Shown here one piece after another: positions 9,307-18,826 of a stretch of DNA of 64,000 nucleotides. The first letter of the stretch is position 1; each line of letters begins with the position of its first letter. The stretch lies in IMG/VR virus record IMGVR_UViG_3300017911_001939, positions 1-64,000 of that record; one strand, 5' to 3'. The translations under genes and the position numbers were made by a program. Source of the stretch: a virus. Its lineage: Duplodnaviria > Caudoviricetes. The notes beneath the pieces are model-generated. The model did not search any database and was not told where the DNA came from. It worked only from the letters and a program-made list of their open reading frames with translations.

Positions 9307-9720
9307 ATGAAGTACGTACATGAAATTCTTGAAGAAGTTCAAAAAACCAAAACTAAGGCCGACAAAATTAAGATCTTGCGACAGCATGACGACAATTGGG
9401 GCCTGAAAGATTATCTACTCGGCTCGTTTAGTGAGAAGATCAAATGGAATCTTCCCGCCGGTAATCCTCCTTACACTCCTTGTGAGGAGCATAACGCGCC
9501 AACTCATTTAGCAAAAAAGAATAAAGACTTTCGCTTCTTCGTCAAGGGTGGACCGGGAGACCGCATGCCTGCATTTAAACGCGAAAGTATCTTCATCGGT
9601 TTGATTGAAGCGATCCATCCTAAGGAAGCGCTTCTTGTTTTGGGTATGATCAATAAGGAAAAGCCAAAAGGCATTACAAAAACAGTAGTGGAGGAGGCTT
9701 ATCCTGGAATTTTCGATTAA
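9307..9720 (+). CDS. Conserved T4-like phage hypothetical protein
   Basis: LPAGNPPY...KRESIFIGLIEAIHPKEA motif; GAGG RBS. Confidence 0.7.
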   Translation: MKYVHEILEEVQKTKTKADKIKILRQHDDNWGLKDYLLGSFSEKIKWNLPAGNPPYTPCEEHNAPTHLAKKNKDFRFFVKGGPGDRMPAFKRESIFIGLIEAIHPKEALLVLGMINKEKPKGITKTVVEEAYPGIFD

Positions 9721-9738
9721 CTACGGAGAAAACACCTG

Positions 9739-9891
9739 ATGACTGCAACTCAGCTCGAAAGATTAAAACAAGATTCTCAAGACCTCGGCGATTACGCTGC
9801 AAAACTGCAAAAGAAGGGACTGGTAGAAAGAGTAACGAAGATCTTAGAGAAACGAGCGTTTATCGATAAACGTATTGCAGAAGCCACTTAA
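9739..9891 (+). CDS. Small helical hypothetical protein (50 aa)
   Basis: GGAG RBS; MTATQLERLKQDSQDL...IAEAT fills the gap. Confidence 0.6.
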   Translation: MTATQLERLKQDSQDLGDYAAKLQKKGLVERVTKILEKRAFIDKRIAEAT

Positions 9892-9900
9892 ATTTAGGAG

Positions 9901-9929
9901 TTTACAAATCCCCTGTAATTTGGTATAAT
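9901..9929 (+). promoter_or_regulatory. Sigma70-like promoter embedded in an inverted repeat
   Basis: TTTACA-N17-TATAAT; arms 9910-9921 and 9942-9953. Confidence 0.7.
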
Positions 9930-9962
9930 AGTACATATGCTAAGTTACAGGGGTTTTTTATT

Positions 9963-10532
9963 ATGAATGTTTTTGTCCTTGACACTTGTCCTATTGTATC
10001 TGCCATGTGGCAGTGTGACAAGCACGTCCCTAAAATGATTGTCGAATCGGCTCAAATGTTGTCGACGGCACATCGTATGCTTGATGGTACTGTAGAACGC
10101 AGACCATCCAAATCTGGTAAAACCATGGTCAAGTACTACAAGCTTGACAACCAGTTCGAAGATCTTATCTACAAAGCCGTGCACTTCAATCATCCTTGTA
10201 CCGTATGGACAATGGAGAGTGCAGCTAACTATGATTGGCATTGGCAGCATTTCTCTGCTCTGTGCCAAGAATATACGTTTCGCTATGGCAAAGTACATAA
10301 GACAGATCGTGAATTGCGGGAAGTGCTCGAAGCAAAACCGCTAAATATACCATATCGTAATGGCGAGATGACACCGTTCAAGCTTGCTATGAAATCTAAC
10401 CCTGAATGTATTGCGCTTGGCGATCCAGTCGAAGCGTATCGTGCATTCTACCAAACCAAACAAGATCGTTTTAAAATGGTTTGGACAAGACGCGAGAAGC
10501 CAGATTGGTTTCAATATAGGAGTGCAGTATGA
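9963..10532 (+). CDS. Pyrimidine-dimer DNA glycosylase / endonuclease V-like protein
   Basis: MNVFVLD...CDKHVPKMIVESAQMLSTAH, HFNHPCTVW, EYTFRYGKVH motifs. Confidence 0.7.
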   Translation: MNVFVLDTCPIVSAMWQCDKHVPKMIVESAQMLSTAHRMLDGTVERRPSKSGKTMVKYYKLDNQFEDLIYKAVHFNHPCTVWTMESAANYDWHWQHFSALCQEYTFRYGKVHKTDRELREVLEAKPLNIPYRNGEMTPFKLAMKSNPECIALGDPVEAYRAFYQTKQDRFKMVWTRREKPDWFQYRSAV

Positions 10533-10702
10533 GTAAAGTAAATCCTCTCGACTATTTGTTGGTACTTCAAGAAGAAGTTGCTTATCAAAAGTCTCAGCTA
10601 CAACCACATGATACGGGTCATATACATACTACCATTGGTGTGCTAGAACAGCGCATTGCAGAAATCGAGGAAAAGATCCGTGCCAACTTACACAGTGCGT
10701 AA
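10529..10702 (+). CDS. Small hypothetical protein (57 aa)
   Basis: GGAG RBS, ATGA overlap; QPHDTGHIHTTIGVL motif. Confidence 0.65.
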   Translation: MSKVNPLDYLLVLQEEVAYQKSQLQPHDTGHIHTTIGVLEQRIAEIEEKIRANLHSA

Positions 10703-10916
10703 AAAAGATTCCGATAGTGACCACGAATGGGACATTACATGCTCTTATACCGAGTTTGTAGAGACGTGTGAAGAATATAATCTCGAAAGAGTATTTAAAC
10801 CTATGTCGTTCATTACTGGTAAAGATGGTTCTACTATGAAAGCTGCTGGCAATGAGTGGAATAATCGACTAACTAAAATTAAAAACGACCATCCTGGGAG
10901 TAAAATTAGAACATGA
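10680..10916 (+). CDS. FmdB-like small protein
   Basis: GTG start after GAGG; MPTYT N-terminus and C-terminal KIKNDHPGS, typical of the gene before phoH. Confidence 0.6.
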   Translation: MPTYTVRKKDSDSDHEWDITCSYTEFVETCEEYNLERVFKPMSFITGKDGSTMKAAGNEWNNRLTKIKNDHPGSKIRT

Positions 10917-11593
10917 GTTCTTCTTCAAAAGTACGCTACGACGATTTGCTTGAATTTGAGCCAATTACTGGAAACCAAGACAAAGCATTTAAATTGTGGG
11001 ATGAAGGTGAAAACCTTATTCTTGCTGGTTCTGCCGGAACTGGTAAGACATTTCTTGGTATGTACTTGGCTCTTGAAAGTATCTTAGAGCGAGATACACC
11101 ATACGATAAGCTGATTATTCTTCGTTCTGTAGTAGCAGTACGAGAAGTTGGTTACTTACCAGGAAAACTAGAAGAAAAGACTGACGTCTTTCAGGCTCCA
11201 TATCGGGGCATTGCTGAAGAATTGTTTGAAGATAAGGCAGCATATAATAAATGCGTATCTAATCATATCATTCAATTCGAATCTACCTCTTTTATCAGAG
11301 GTAAAACATATGATAGAGCTATCATTCTTGTTGATGAAATGCAAAACTTAAATTTCCATGAACTAGACTCTGTCATGACACGGGCTGGAGAAAACACTCG
11401 TATGATTTTCTGCGGTGATTATTTGCAGTCCGACTTCCATCATGAGGGGGAAAGAAACGGCTTAGCTAAGTTTCTTAATGTAATGGAAAGAATGAAGAAC
11501 TTCTCAACTGTGCAATTTGGTTGGGATGATATTGTGCGGTCAGGCATTGTGCGTGACTATATTATGACAAAAGAAATGATGGGGATACGATGA
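10913..11593 (+). CDS. phoH: PhoH-family ATPase
   Basis: GSAGTGKT Walker A, GYLPG, FIRG, DEMQN, GDYLQSD, DIVRSG. Confidence 0.95.
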   Translation: MSSSSKVRYDDLLEFEPITGNQDKAFKLWDEGENLILAGSAGTGKTFLGMYLALESILERDTPYDKLIILRSVVAVREVGYLPGKLEEKTDVFQAPYRGIAEELFEDKAAYNKCVSNHIIQFESTSFIRGKTYDRAIILVDEMQNLNFHELDSVMTRAGENTRMIFCGDYLQSDFHHEGERNGLAKFLNVMERMKNFSTVQFGWDDIVRSGIVRDYIMTKEMMGIR

Positions 11594-11594
11594 A

Positions 11595-11951
11595 ATGAAA
11601 CGTATTTTGGCCAGTGCGGCCATGCTTTTATTCGCGAGTTGCTCGCCAGTACTAGCTCAAGAAAACAATCCAACTGGAGCTCCGCTCTATTCTAAACCAG
11701 TACCATGCGGTGATTTGCCTGGTTTGATTGTAGAATTTGACAAATCAAATATGTACCCATTAATGGGACTCGGTGGTTTTTCATGGATGGATGATGGTAC
11801 TACACAAGCATCAGTAGTTATTGTTGTCGTTGATGAAACTGGTCGTTTCGCGGTTGTAGAGAAAAATGCATCATTTTACTGTTTACTTGCGACAGGAAAT
11901 GTGGTAGAATATAGCTCTGACAATTTAAAAGAACTTATGGAATGGAAATAA
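11595..11951 (+). CDS. Hypothetical exported protein
   Basis: Signal peptide-like N-terminus MKRILASAAMLLFASC. Confidence 0.65.
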   Translation: MKRILASAAMLLFASCSPVLAQENNPTGAPLYSKPVPCGDLPGLIVEFDKSNMYPLMGLGGFSWMDDGTTQASVVIVVVDETGRFAVVEKNASFYCLLATGNVVEYSSDNLKELMEWK

Positions 11952-11952
11952 T

Positions 11953-12624
11953 ATGGAGTTTATCCATGAAAAAATTGATCTCGGCTATGAAGACTTGGAT
12001 CGTGCTGAACATTCAGATGGTCGCAGGTATGTTAGCCCTACTGGGAATGCTTATCCTAGCGTTACTACAGTCCTCAGTCTTGTAAACGAAGCAAAGATTG
12101 CAGCATGGCGTAAACGCGTCGGTGAAGAAGAAGCCAATAAAGTTGGCCAACGCGCAGCTAATCGTGGTACACAAGTGCATAGCATCATCGAGAAATATCT
12201 TCATGGTGAAGACACCTCTGAATTCCTTCCACACATTCAACAATCATTGCAAAATCTTAAGCCATTGATTGACAAGCATGTGACTAAAGTATTTGCTACT
12301 GAAGTACCACTTTATAGTGACCATCTTCAGTTAGCAGGTACTTGTGATGCTGTCGTAGAATGGGATGGCAAGCCAACGATTGTTGATTGGAAAACAAGTC
12401 GTAGACCAAAGAAAAAGAAAGATATTCCTAATTACTTTATGCAAGGCTCAGGCTATGCAGTAATGTGGGAAGAACGTACAGGTATGCCAGTCCAAATGCT
12501 TCGTATTGTAATGGACGTAGACGACTGGCATCCTGTTATGTACATCGAAAAGCGAGATGATTGGATTGACCAACTCATTCATTGGCGTGATGAATATAAC
12601 CGTAGACAAATGTTCCATGGATAA
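11953..12624 (+). CDS. PD-(D/E)XK exonuclease (Cas4/RecB-like)
   Basis: YPSVTTVL, RGTQVH, E-x-AGTCD-x-IVDWKTS, Q-x3-Y. Confidence 0.85.
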   Translation: MEFIHEKIDLGYEDLDRAEHSDGRRYVSPTGNAYPSVTTVLSLVNEAKIAAWRKRVGEEEANKVGQRAANRGTQVHSIIEKYLHGEDTSEFLPHIQQSLQNLKPLIDKHVTKVFATEVPLYSDHLQLAGTCDAVVEWDGKPTIVDWKTSRRPKKKKDIPNYFMQGSGYAVMWEERTGMPVQMLRIVMDVDDWHPVMYIEKRDDWIDQLIHWRDEYNRRQMFHG

Positions 12625-12775
12625 AGACTCAAAGAAAGCAGATCGGCTTCATCGATCAACCACAGCTAGAAGGAAGCGTAGATCTCTTAAAGAGGTACGT
12701 TTCTTTCGAGAAGTAACACGATTCGCTAGACTCAGAGCATTACGAAAAAAACGTAAAAAAATTAAAAATAATTAA
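12617..12775 (+). CDS. Small Arg-rich protein
   Basis: 52 aa ORF overlapping exonuclease stop. Confidence 0.45.
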   Translation: MDKDSKKADRLHRSTTARRKRRSLKEVRFFREVTRFARLRALRKKRKKIKNN

Positions 12776-12784
12776 AAAAAAGCA

Positions 12785-12813
12785 TGTACAATCCTGGATC
12801 TTTAGGGTATAAT
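12785..12813 (+). promoter_or_regulatory. Phage early promoter
   Basis: TGTACA-N17-TATAAT with upstream A-tract and downstream GAGGAG RBS; near-copies at 23313 and 24507. Confidence 0.8.
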
Positions 12814-12845
12814 AGACCTATAATTAGAGATGAGGAGAATACATC

Positions 12846-13094
12846 ATGTTTCACAAAGAGCTTTTTTCAAACGATGGTCCATACCTTCGCTACGATGGCG
12901 AGATTATGGCTCGTTTTAAATATTCGAATGGTCCTTTTACTAAGGCGAAGTTTAAGAAGTTTCTGATCAAGTCTGGTCTTACACCAAAGACTTATCGCGA
13001 AATGCGTCAAGAAGGTATTGCACCACTCGACGTTTGGGAACAACTTAACCCTTCATCATATAATGCAACTATTGAAGCTTGGAGAAACAAATAA
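12846..13094 (+). CDS. Hypothetical early protein
   Basis: Strong RBS after early promoter; 82 aa. Confidence 0.75.
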   Translation: MFHKELFSNDGPYLRYDGEIMARFKYSNGPFTKAKFKKFLIKSGLTPKTYREMRQEGIAPLDVWEQLNPSSYNATIEAWRNK

Positions 13095-13516
13095 TGTGGA
13101 TGGAACGTACTTGCTCAGATCTTGAAAATGTGATTGATCAACTTTTCGAACGTGTACCTGCACAAGGTCGTTGTGAATTCCCCAACTCTAAAAACAAAAA
13201 GCTTGATCGCTTTCGTAGAGCACTGAATGTTATTCATGATTTGTTTAACAACGGTCTTGGCAATCGTCGTGACCAGTGGGTTTACACCATGAAAATGCCA
13301 GTTCCTATTGCTACACATATGGAAGTTTACCGCTATGGTATTCGCCAAGATGAAAAATACTGGAACAACATCGAAGATCATGTTGCACCAGCATTTCGTG
13401 AGATTGTAATGGAAGCTGTGCTCGAACAGTTTGGTAAAGATGTATGGTTGAAGGTTATGCATAACCATTCATCAAAAATTATTAATGATGCAATTGCAAA
13501 AGGAGAAGTAGCATGA
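13094..13516 (+). CDS. Hypothetical early protein
   Basis: GGAG RBS, TAATG coupling; DLFNNGLGN motif. Confidence 0.7.
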   Translation: MWMERTCSDLENVIDQLFERVPAQGRCEFPNSKNKKLDRFRRALNVIHDLFNNGLGNRRDQWVYTMKMPVPIATHMEVYRYGIRQDEKYWNNIEDHVAPAFREIVMEAVLEQFGKDVWLKVMHNHSSKIINDAIAKGEVA

Positions 13517-14010
13517 CAGTATACCTAGATATGGATGGCGTAATCGCCGACTTCTTTGGTGAAGTAGAACGTATGTACAAGGTTGACCATTGGAAGTCAA
13601 TTCAGCATCGTGACGGCATCTTCGTCGAGCTACGTAATACAGACTTCTTCAATCGTATCGAAAAGTTCCCTGAAACAGATGCTATTGTAAAGTATGTTCA
13701 AGAAGTTTCAGGTGGAGATTGGGGCATTTGCTCATCACCTCTTCGCGGTGACGAATACAACTCAGCATATTGGAAACGTGTATGGCTAGAACGCCATGGC
13801 TTTATGCCTGAAGTTGAGAAGTGTATCTTCACTAGCAATAAACATAAGTATGCTTACAATCAACTTACTCGTCTTCCTAATATTCTTATCGATGATAAAC
13901 CTGAAAATATCAAACGTTGGGAAGAAGCTGGAGGTGAAGGTATTCTTTTCCAGTGCAACGAAGACGATGCTGAAGAATACTTATTTGCTGAACTAAGGAG
14001 AATGCTTTAA
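13513..14010 (+). CDS. HAD-family 5'(3')-deoxyribonucleotidase
   Basis: YLDMDGVIADF motif I, K-x2-W, ILIDD motif IV. Confidence 0.85.
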   Translation: MTVYLDMDGVIADFFGEVERMYKVDHWKSIQHRDGIFVELRNTDFFNRIEKFPETDAIVKYVQEVSGGDWGICSSPLRGDEYNSAYWKRVWLERHGFMPEVEKCIFTSNKHKYAYNQLTRLPNILIDDKPENIKRWEEAGGEGILFQCNEDDAEEYLFAELRRML

Positions 14011-14156
14011 TGCTAGATAAAATTGGTCGTAGACTTGGATTGAAGGATGATACTGGCTGGGATGATCCTTCAGTATTTGGCTTCATTGTAATTTGGAGTA
14101 TTTTTGGTTATGGTTTCTATGTTGTGATTGGAGAATTGTATGCAAAATTTCTTTGA
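14010..14156 (+). CDS. Small single-pass membrane protein (48 aa)
   Basis: AGGAG RBS; hydrophobic span VFGFIVIWSIFGYGFYVVIG. Confidence 0.6.
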   Translation: MLDKIGRRLGLKDDTGWDDPSVFGFIVIWSIFGYGFYVVIGELYAKFL

Positions 14157-14382
14157 GCTGTTTAATCTTCGTTTCGAATTTGAAGAGATTACTAAGGACT
14201 ACTCAATGTCTGTTGAAGGTAGCGATATAGATACTATTGAGTGGTTTTTAGAGAACGGCCATCGGTCGAACTCACTTCGTAATGGTTTCGAACGTGCGAA
14301 AGAAATCGCACTCGCAATCAAGGAGATCGCAGATGGCTGCGCAAAAGAAACTAGAGCCGAACTCGGAGTACGAGAAGTATGA
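14140..14382 (+). CDS. Hypothetical protein
   Basis: GGAG RBS, 80 aa. Confidence 0.65.
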   Translation: MQNFFELFNLRFEFEEITKDYSMSVEGSDIDTIEWFLENGHRSNSLRNGFERAKEIALAIKEIADGCAKETRAELGVREV

Positions 14383-14704
14383 TTTAGATGGGGACGGCAT
14401 CGTAACTGATGATGAGTTAGATATGGACGAACGCTTAATGCGTATCGAAAATGAAGACAAGAAGCAGGATGCGCAGCGGAATATGGCATGGTTTGCCTTA
14501 TTCGGCATGTTGCTTTATCCTGCTCTTGTAGTATTATCGATATGGTTTGAATTACCAAAGGCTGCAGATGTGTTAGGTGATATGGCACCTACATATTTTG
14601 TATCTGTTGCTGCAATCGTTGCAGCATTCTATGGCAAAGAAGCTTTGTCGGCTCGTAAGAATGATTCAGTGAAAGTGTCACAAAGGAAGATTGATGTCAA
14701 ATAA
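14333..14704 (+). CDS. Membrane protein with EF-hand-like loop and two TM helices (holin-like)
   Basis: AGGAG RBS; DLDGDGIVTDDE loop; two hydrophobic spans. Confidence 0.65.
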   Translation: MAAQKKLEPNSEYEKYDLDGDGIVTDDELDMDERLMRIENEDKKQDAQRNMAWFALFGMLLYPALVVLSIWFELPKAADVLGDMAPTYFVSVAAIVAAFYGKEALSARKNDSVKVSQRKIDVK

Positions 14705-15476
14705 ATTGATTTATCAAGTGTACGTTGGAAAGCGTTCACGATTATATGATCATTGTACAAAGTCTGCCGAAGAATATGCTGAAAAGATTGGCGCTGATTA
14801 TATTTGTCAGCGTCAACCTATTCTTCGAATTAAACCAGACATTTTTAGCACAAATCGTAGTAAAGAGTCCTACGAAAAACATGGTGGCTTTCTCCCAATT
14901 TATGAGAAAGAGAATGCATTTGACTACTTCGACAAGTATGATCAGATTGCTATTATCGATTCAGATATTTGGATTCGTCCTACAGCACCAGACATTTTTG
15001 AAGATCTCGATCCAGAGTATGACTTTGGTGGTGTAGTCGAAGCAGAAATGAGTATCGAACCGTGGTATGTTCAAAAGATTGCAAACTATTCACGCATGCA
15101 ATATGGTTCATTGAAGATTGATTGGACATATAACGACCGTACAGGTTTTCCATTCATGAATATGGGTTTAATGGTTATGAATAAGTCATTCCAAAAATAT
15201 CTAAATGGTCAAACAGCACGAGAGTTTTTAAATCGACAAGAATTTAAAATGTTTATCGATGGCATGGGTGCATGGAAATGGTCGACAGACCAAACACTCT
15301 TGAATTATTGGATTCGAAAAGAAAAGATGAACATCAAAAAGATGGATCCAAAATGGAATGGATTATTTACTGCGGTGAATAATATTCATGAATGCCATTT
15401 TGTCCATTTTTTCCTCAAAGATAAACTACCGCAGAGAGGTGAGAACGTAGAACAACTCATGCATAAGGTGATGTAA
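14694..15476 (+). CDS. Glycosyltransferase (GT-A fold, GT8/GT34-like)
   Basis: IIDSDI DxD motif, MNMGLMV, TDQTLLN, FVHF. Confidence 0.8.
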   Translation: MSNKLIYQVYVGKRSRLYDHCTKSAEEYAEKIGADYICQRQPILRIKPDIFSTNRSKESYEKHGGFLPIYEKENAFDYFDKYDQIAIIDSDIWIRPTAPDIFEDLDPEYDFGGVVEAEMSIEPWYVQKIANYSRMQYGSLKIDWTYNDRTGFPFMNMGLMVMNKSFQKYLNGQTAREFLNRQEFKMFIDGMGAWKWSTDQTLLNYWIRKEKMNIKKMDPKWNGLFTAVNNIHECHFVHFFLKDKLPQRGENVEQLMHKVM

Positions 15477-16174
15477 TGAGTTTTTGGGATTCTGAACCAA
15501 ATCGTTTAGTCGTAGACTTTAACAATAAGCCTGATAGTTATCTCGCATCTGGATCATTTATGCGTGCATTCTCTGGTATTCATGTTCGTAATCTAATGGA
15601 TGCAATTAAAAATGATCCGTATATTGAGAAAGTCAAAGATCCTAAAATTGGTGGACCAAAGCTGCATGGCAAAATTAGCCAATCAACAGCTCGGTCTATT
15701 TTGTATATCCGAGAGATCGAAAAGTATTTTGATCCAAATAAAATTAAATGGCTAACAGATTTTGGTGCAGGATATGGAAATTTTGTGCGCGTATGGCATC
15801 GTTTATTTGAAACTGATTTCTATCAGTTAGTAGATCTTGAGCCATTGCATCAAATTCAACAATCGTATTTAAATGCTCAAGGTATTCATGCCAATTGGCG
15901 GACACACAATTCTCAACTCAAACCAAGTGGCCAGAGTGGTCCTTCACTCTTTTTTGCTTCTCATAGTTTGAATGAATGTTCTATGGAAGTGCGTGATGTC
16001 GTAGAGGAATATTTGCCTCTTTACGATTACATATATATTTCATATAACGAAGATTTTGATGGTATTAATAATGTAGACTACTTTAAACAATTGGGTGGTC
16101 GGCTCGAAACTAAATTCACAGTCGAACATACATTTGATAAAGTGACAGGCAAGCGGAGACTTATTGCTAAATGA
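15476..16174 (+). CDS. Putative sugar O-methyltransferase
   Basis: DFGAGYGN SAM motif, LVDL, ASHSLNE. Confidence 0.7.
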   Translation: MSFWDSEPNRLVVDFNNKPDSYLASGSFMRAFSGIHVRNLMDAIKNDPYIEKVKDPKIGGPKLHGKISQSTARSILYIREIEKYFDPNKIKWLTDFGAGYGNFVRVWHRLFETDFYQLVDLEPLHQIQQSYLNAQGIHANWRTHNSQLKPSGQSGPSLFFASHSLNECSMEVRDVVEEYLPLYDYIYISYNEDFDGINNVDYFKQLGGRLETKFTVEHTFDKVTGKRRLIAK

Positions 16175-17025
16175 AGGCAGTGATTTATCAGTACTGGGAG
16201 GGGAAACTCTCACCAGGCAATGAAGCTGGTGTGAAGATGATGAAAGAATACGCAGACGCTATTGGCGTTGATCATGTATTCGAATTGAATCCATCTTGGC
16301 CAGAAGAAGCACGTATCCAACGAAAGAATTTAGGTTCGTATCAACCACATTTTGGTGCATTCAAACCTTTGTTCGATAAGGCATACGACAACTATGATTA
16401 TATTCTTTTCTGTGATACAGACATTATTCCTATTACACATAGTCGAGAAAGACCACGTAGGAATATTTTTGCAGATTTTATGGGTCGGCGCCATGAAATG
16501 GCCGAAAAAAATCTGTATCCTGTAGATGTTTGGATCTCAGAAGAATATATGCAGCCTCAGATTAGAACCAAACATAATATTGGTGGTATCTGTAATGCGA
16601 ACGATGAGCGTTGGGTAAAACTAATCGAAAGCACATATCAAGTAAAAATGCCTCGTACTGCAGGTAATTTACCAAAAGTGTTTAATTCTGGCGTGGTAAT
16701 GTATTCGGCCAATGCAAGAATGCAGGCTCAAAGCAATTTTGTAGATTTTAAGAAATACGTAGAGATGACCAAACAACATGGTCTACCACCTTTCTATAGT
16801 TGCGATCAACCATATCTACACGCGATGCTTGAGTTCTGTAATTTTAACTGGGAAATTATGCCATATATATGGAATAGCCAGCTGCATCATACGCCTGGTA
16901 CGAGAGGTCAAGAACCACGTCCTATCTCGGATTATCGTACTAAGCAAACGCAGTTTGTACATATGCAACTGAATGGTGCAGACCACTATTCATATGAAGA
17001 AACGAAAAGAATAGCAAATGATTAA
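16171..17025 (+). CDS. Glycosyltransferase (GT-A fold)
   Basis: FCDTDI, FNSGVV, CDQPYLH, FVH. Confidence 0.8.
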   Translation: MKAVIYQYWEGKLSPGNEAGVKMMKEYADAIGVDHVFELNPSWPEEARIQRKNLGSYQPHFGAFKPLFDKAYDNYDYILFCDTDIIPITHSRERPRRNIFADFMGRRHEMAEKNLYPVDVWISEEYMQPQIRTKHNIGGICNANDERWVKLIESTYQVKMPRTAGNLPKVFNSGVVMYSANARMQAQSNFVDFKKYVEMTKQHGLPPFYSCDQPYLHAMLEFCNFNWEIMPYIWNSQLHHTPGTRGQEPRPISDYRTKQTQFVHMQLNGADHYSYEETKRIAND

Positions 17026-17587
17026 TGTTGATTTGAAACACGTCAAAGACGTAGTCGAGTTTTATACTGATATTCGTGCGGGTCAAGAAGAAGAACATGG
17101 CCATGATTATTGTGAGCAGCATGATGCAATCCAAAAATATGCACCAGAATGTAAGACATATGCAGAACTCGGTGTACACCAAGGCGGTACACTTGCCAAT
17201 GCTCTTCTCGCAGGATTTAAATACGTAGAAGGCATTGATATCGATATGCATCGATACAATAAATTCCTTAAACCTCTTGCAGAGGAATATGCAAAGGAAA
17301 ATAAAATTGTACTAAAAATTAAAGAAGTAGATTCGACATCGATGGATTCAATTGGTCCGTCTGTTGATATGTTGCTTATTGATTCTTATCATCGTGCATT
17401 CCATATGCAAAAAGAATTGCAAATGCATGGCAAACGAGTAAAGAAATATATTGTAGCACACGATACATGGTCAGTGCCTGAACTACATACATGCTTGGAA
17501 GAATTTTGTTTTAATAACCCAGGATGGAAGGTGCTGGAACGTGGCACTACAAATGTAGGCTACACAGTATTAAAGAAAGATGGTTAA
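17018..17587 (+). CDS. Class I SAM-dependent methyltransferase
   Basis: ELGVHQGGT, GIDID, LLIDSYH, IVAHDT. Confidence 0.75.
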   Translation: MINVDLKHVKDVVEFYTDIRAGQEEEHGHDYCEQHDAIQKYAPECKTYAELGVHQGGTLANALLAGFKYVEGIDIDMHRYNKFLKPLAEEYAKENKIVLKIKEVDSTSMDSIGPSVDMLLIDSYHRAFHMQKELQMHGKRVKKYIVAHDTWSVPELHTCLEEFCFNNPGWKVLERGTTNVGYTVLKKDG

Positions 17588-18143
17588 AGTATACGAATAT
17601 AAAGACTACGACGAATATGTAAATATTCAGACTCGTGAAAATAAAAAAAAAGTTTCATGGGTCTATGCGCGAGAAGTTGGCATGAAAGGTATCACAGAAG
17701 ATAAAGGTACCGCAGAAAGTGTTATTTGCCATGGTACTCGCAATGGTAAAGAGATGACATTCTTCGCTAGGTATTGGCCAAATGCTCGATACGTTGGTAC
17801 TGAAATCTCTGATAATGCACATGAGTTTAAACATACTGTGCAATGGGATATGCAAGAACCAAACGAAGAATGGATCGGTCAGTTTGATGTAGTCTATTCG
17901 AATGCTTATGATCATGTAATTAAACCTGAATACACACTACAAACATGGAAAGATCAGCTAAAAGAAGGTGGTACACTCTACCTCGAATATGCTGAAGCAC
18001 AAAGTATTGGTAATGAAAATGATCCTCTCGATGCTACACTTAAAGAAGTAATTCAAATGGTTATCGATGCTGGATTTAAAAATGTTGCATGTCTCGACAC
18101 TGTTGTAGCACATGCAGGAAAGATTATTAGAGGCGATAAATGA
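17580..18143 (+). CDS. Class I SAM-dependent methyltransferase
   Basis: ICHGTRNGKE, GTEIS, FDVVYSNAYDH, LKEGG. Confidence 0.75.
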   Translation: MVKVYEYKDYDEYVNIQTRENKKKVSWVYAREVGMKGITEDKGTAESVICHGTRNGKEMTFFARYWPNARYVGTEISDNAHEFKHTVQWDMQEPNEEWIGQFDVVYSNAYDHVIKPEYTLQTWKDQLKEGGTLYLEYAEAQSIGNENDPLDATLKEVIQMVIDAGFKNVACLDTVVAHAGKIIRGDK

Positions 18144-18826
18144 CAAATCTTATCCTTCAGCACTTCGACGGCGAATTACGTCAGCTTGATAAACTATCAA
18201 TGGCAAACATTCAAGAATATGCCGAAATGGTTGGAGCTGACTATCGCCTTATTACTGGAAAACCTTTAGACAAAAGACTTACATCTCCTTGTCAAAAGGT
18301 TTATATGATCCATCCAGAGTTTGATGAATATGATCAAGTTCTTATGTTGGATATTGATATGTTTGCACCGAAAGGTATGACCGAAAACGTCTTTGACGTG
18401 AAAGGTTGTGGCATGTATAACAATGTTCAGCAGATGTTACACCGCAAACTATGCGAACAGTATAAAGCACAGACTGATATTAGTAAACCATATTGGGGTG
18501 GTGCAATCTATAAGTTCGATCGTGCTACACGTCAAAGATTTTGGAATGTGTGGGATAAAGATCCTGATACATACTTGTGGACTCGTAATTACAATCAGCC
18601 TTATCATTTTGAGGATGAAGGTATTTTCCATACACTAACAGTATTTGGTTCTATGTGGTTTGATGAAAAAAGCAGATACATTGATAATAAATGGTGTCAA
18701 TGTTCTTTTCTTCCAAATCCTGAAAAAGCTGGCTTTATACATATTCGTACGAAGGTTACACCACAAGGACCAAAGCGTGAGAAGATGGAAAACTATCTTG
18801 CTTTGGTAGATAAGGGTATTTTATGA
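18140..18826 (+). CDS. Glycosyltransferase (GT-A fold)
   Basis: MLDIDM DxD, WGGAIY, EDEG, FIH. Confidence 0.7.
   Translation: MTNLILQHFDGELRQLDKLSMANIQEYAEMVGADYRLITGKPLDKRLTSPCQKVYMIHPEFDEYDQVLMLDIDMFAPKGMTENVFDVKGCGMYNNVQQMLHRKLCEQYKAQTDISKPYWGGAIYKFDRATRQRFWNVWDKDPDTYLWTRNYNQPYHFEDEGIFHTLTVFGSMWFDEKSRYIDNKWCQCSFLPNPEKAGFIHIRTKVTPQGPKREKMENYLALVDKGIL

Noticed and set aside
11953-12624. Cas4-like nuclease suggesting CRISPR
   Set aside because: No repeat-spacer array or other cas genes seen; common stand-alone T4-like exonuclease
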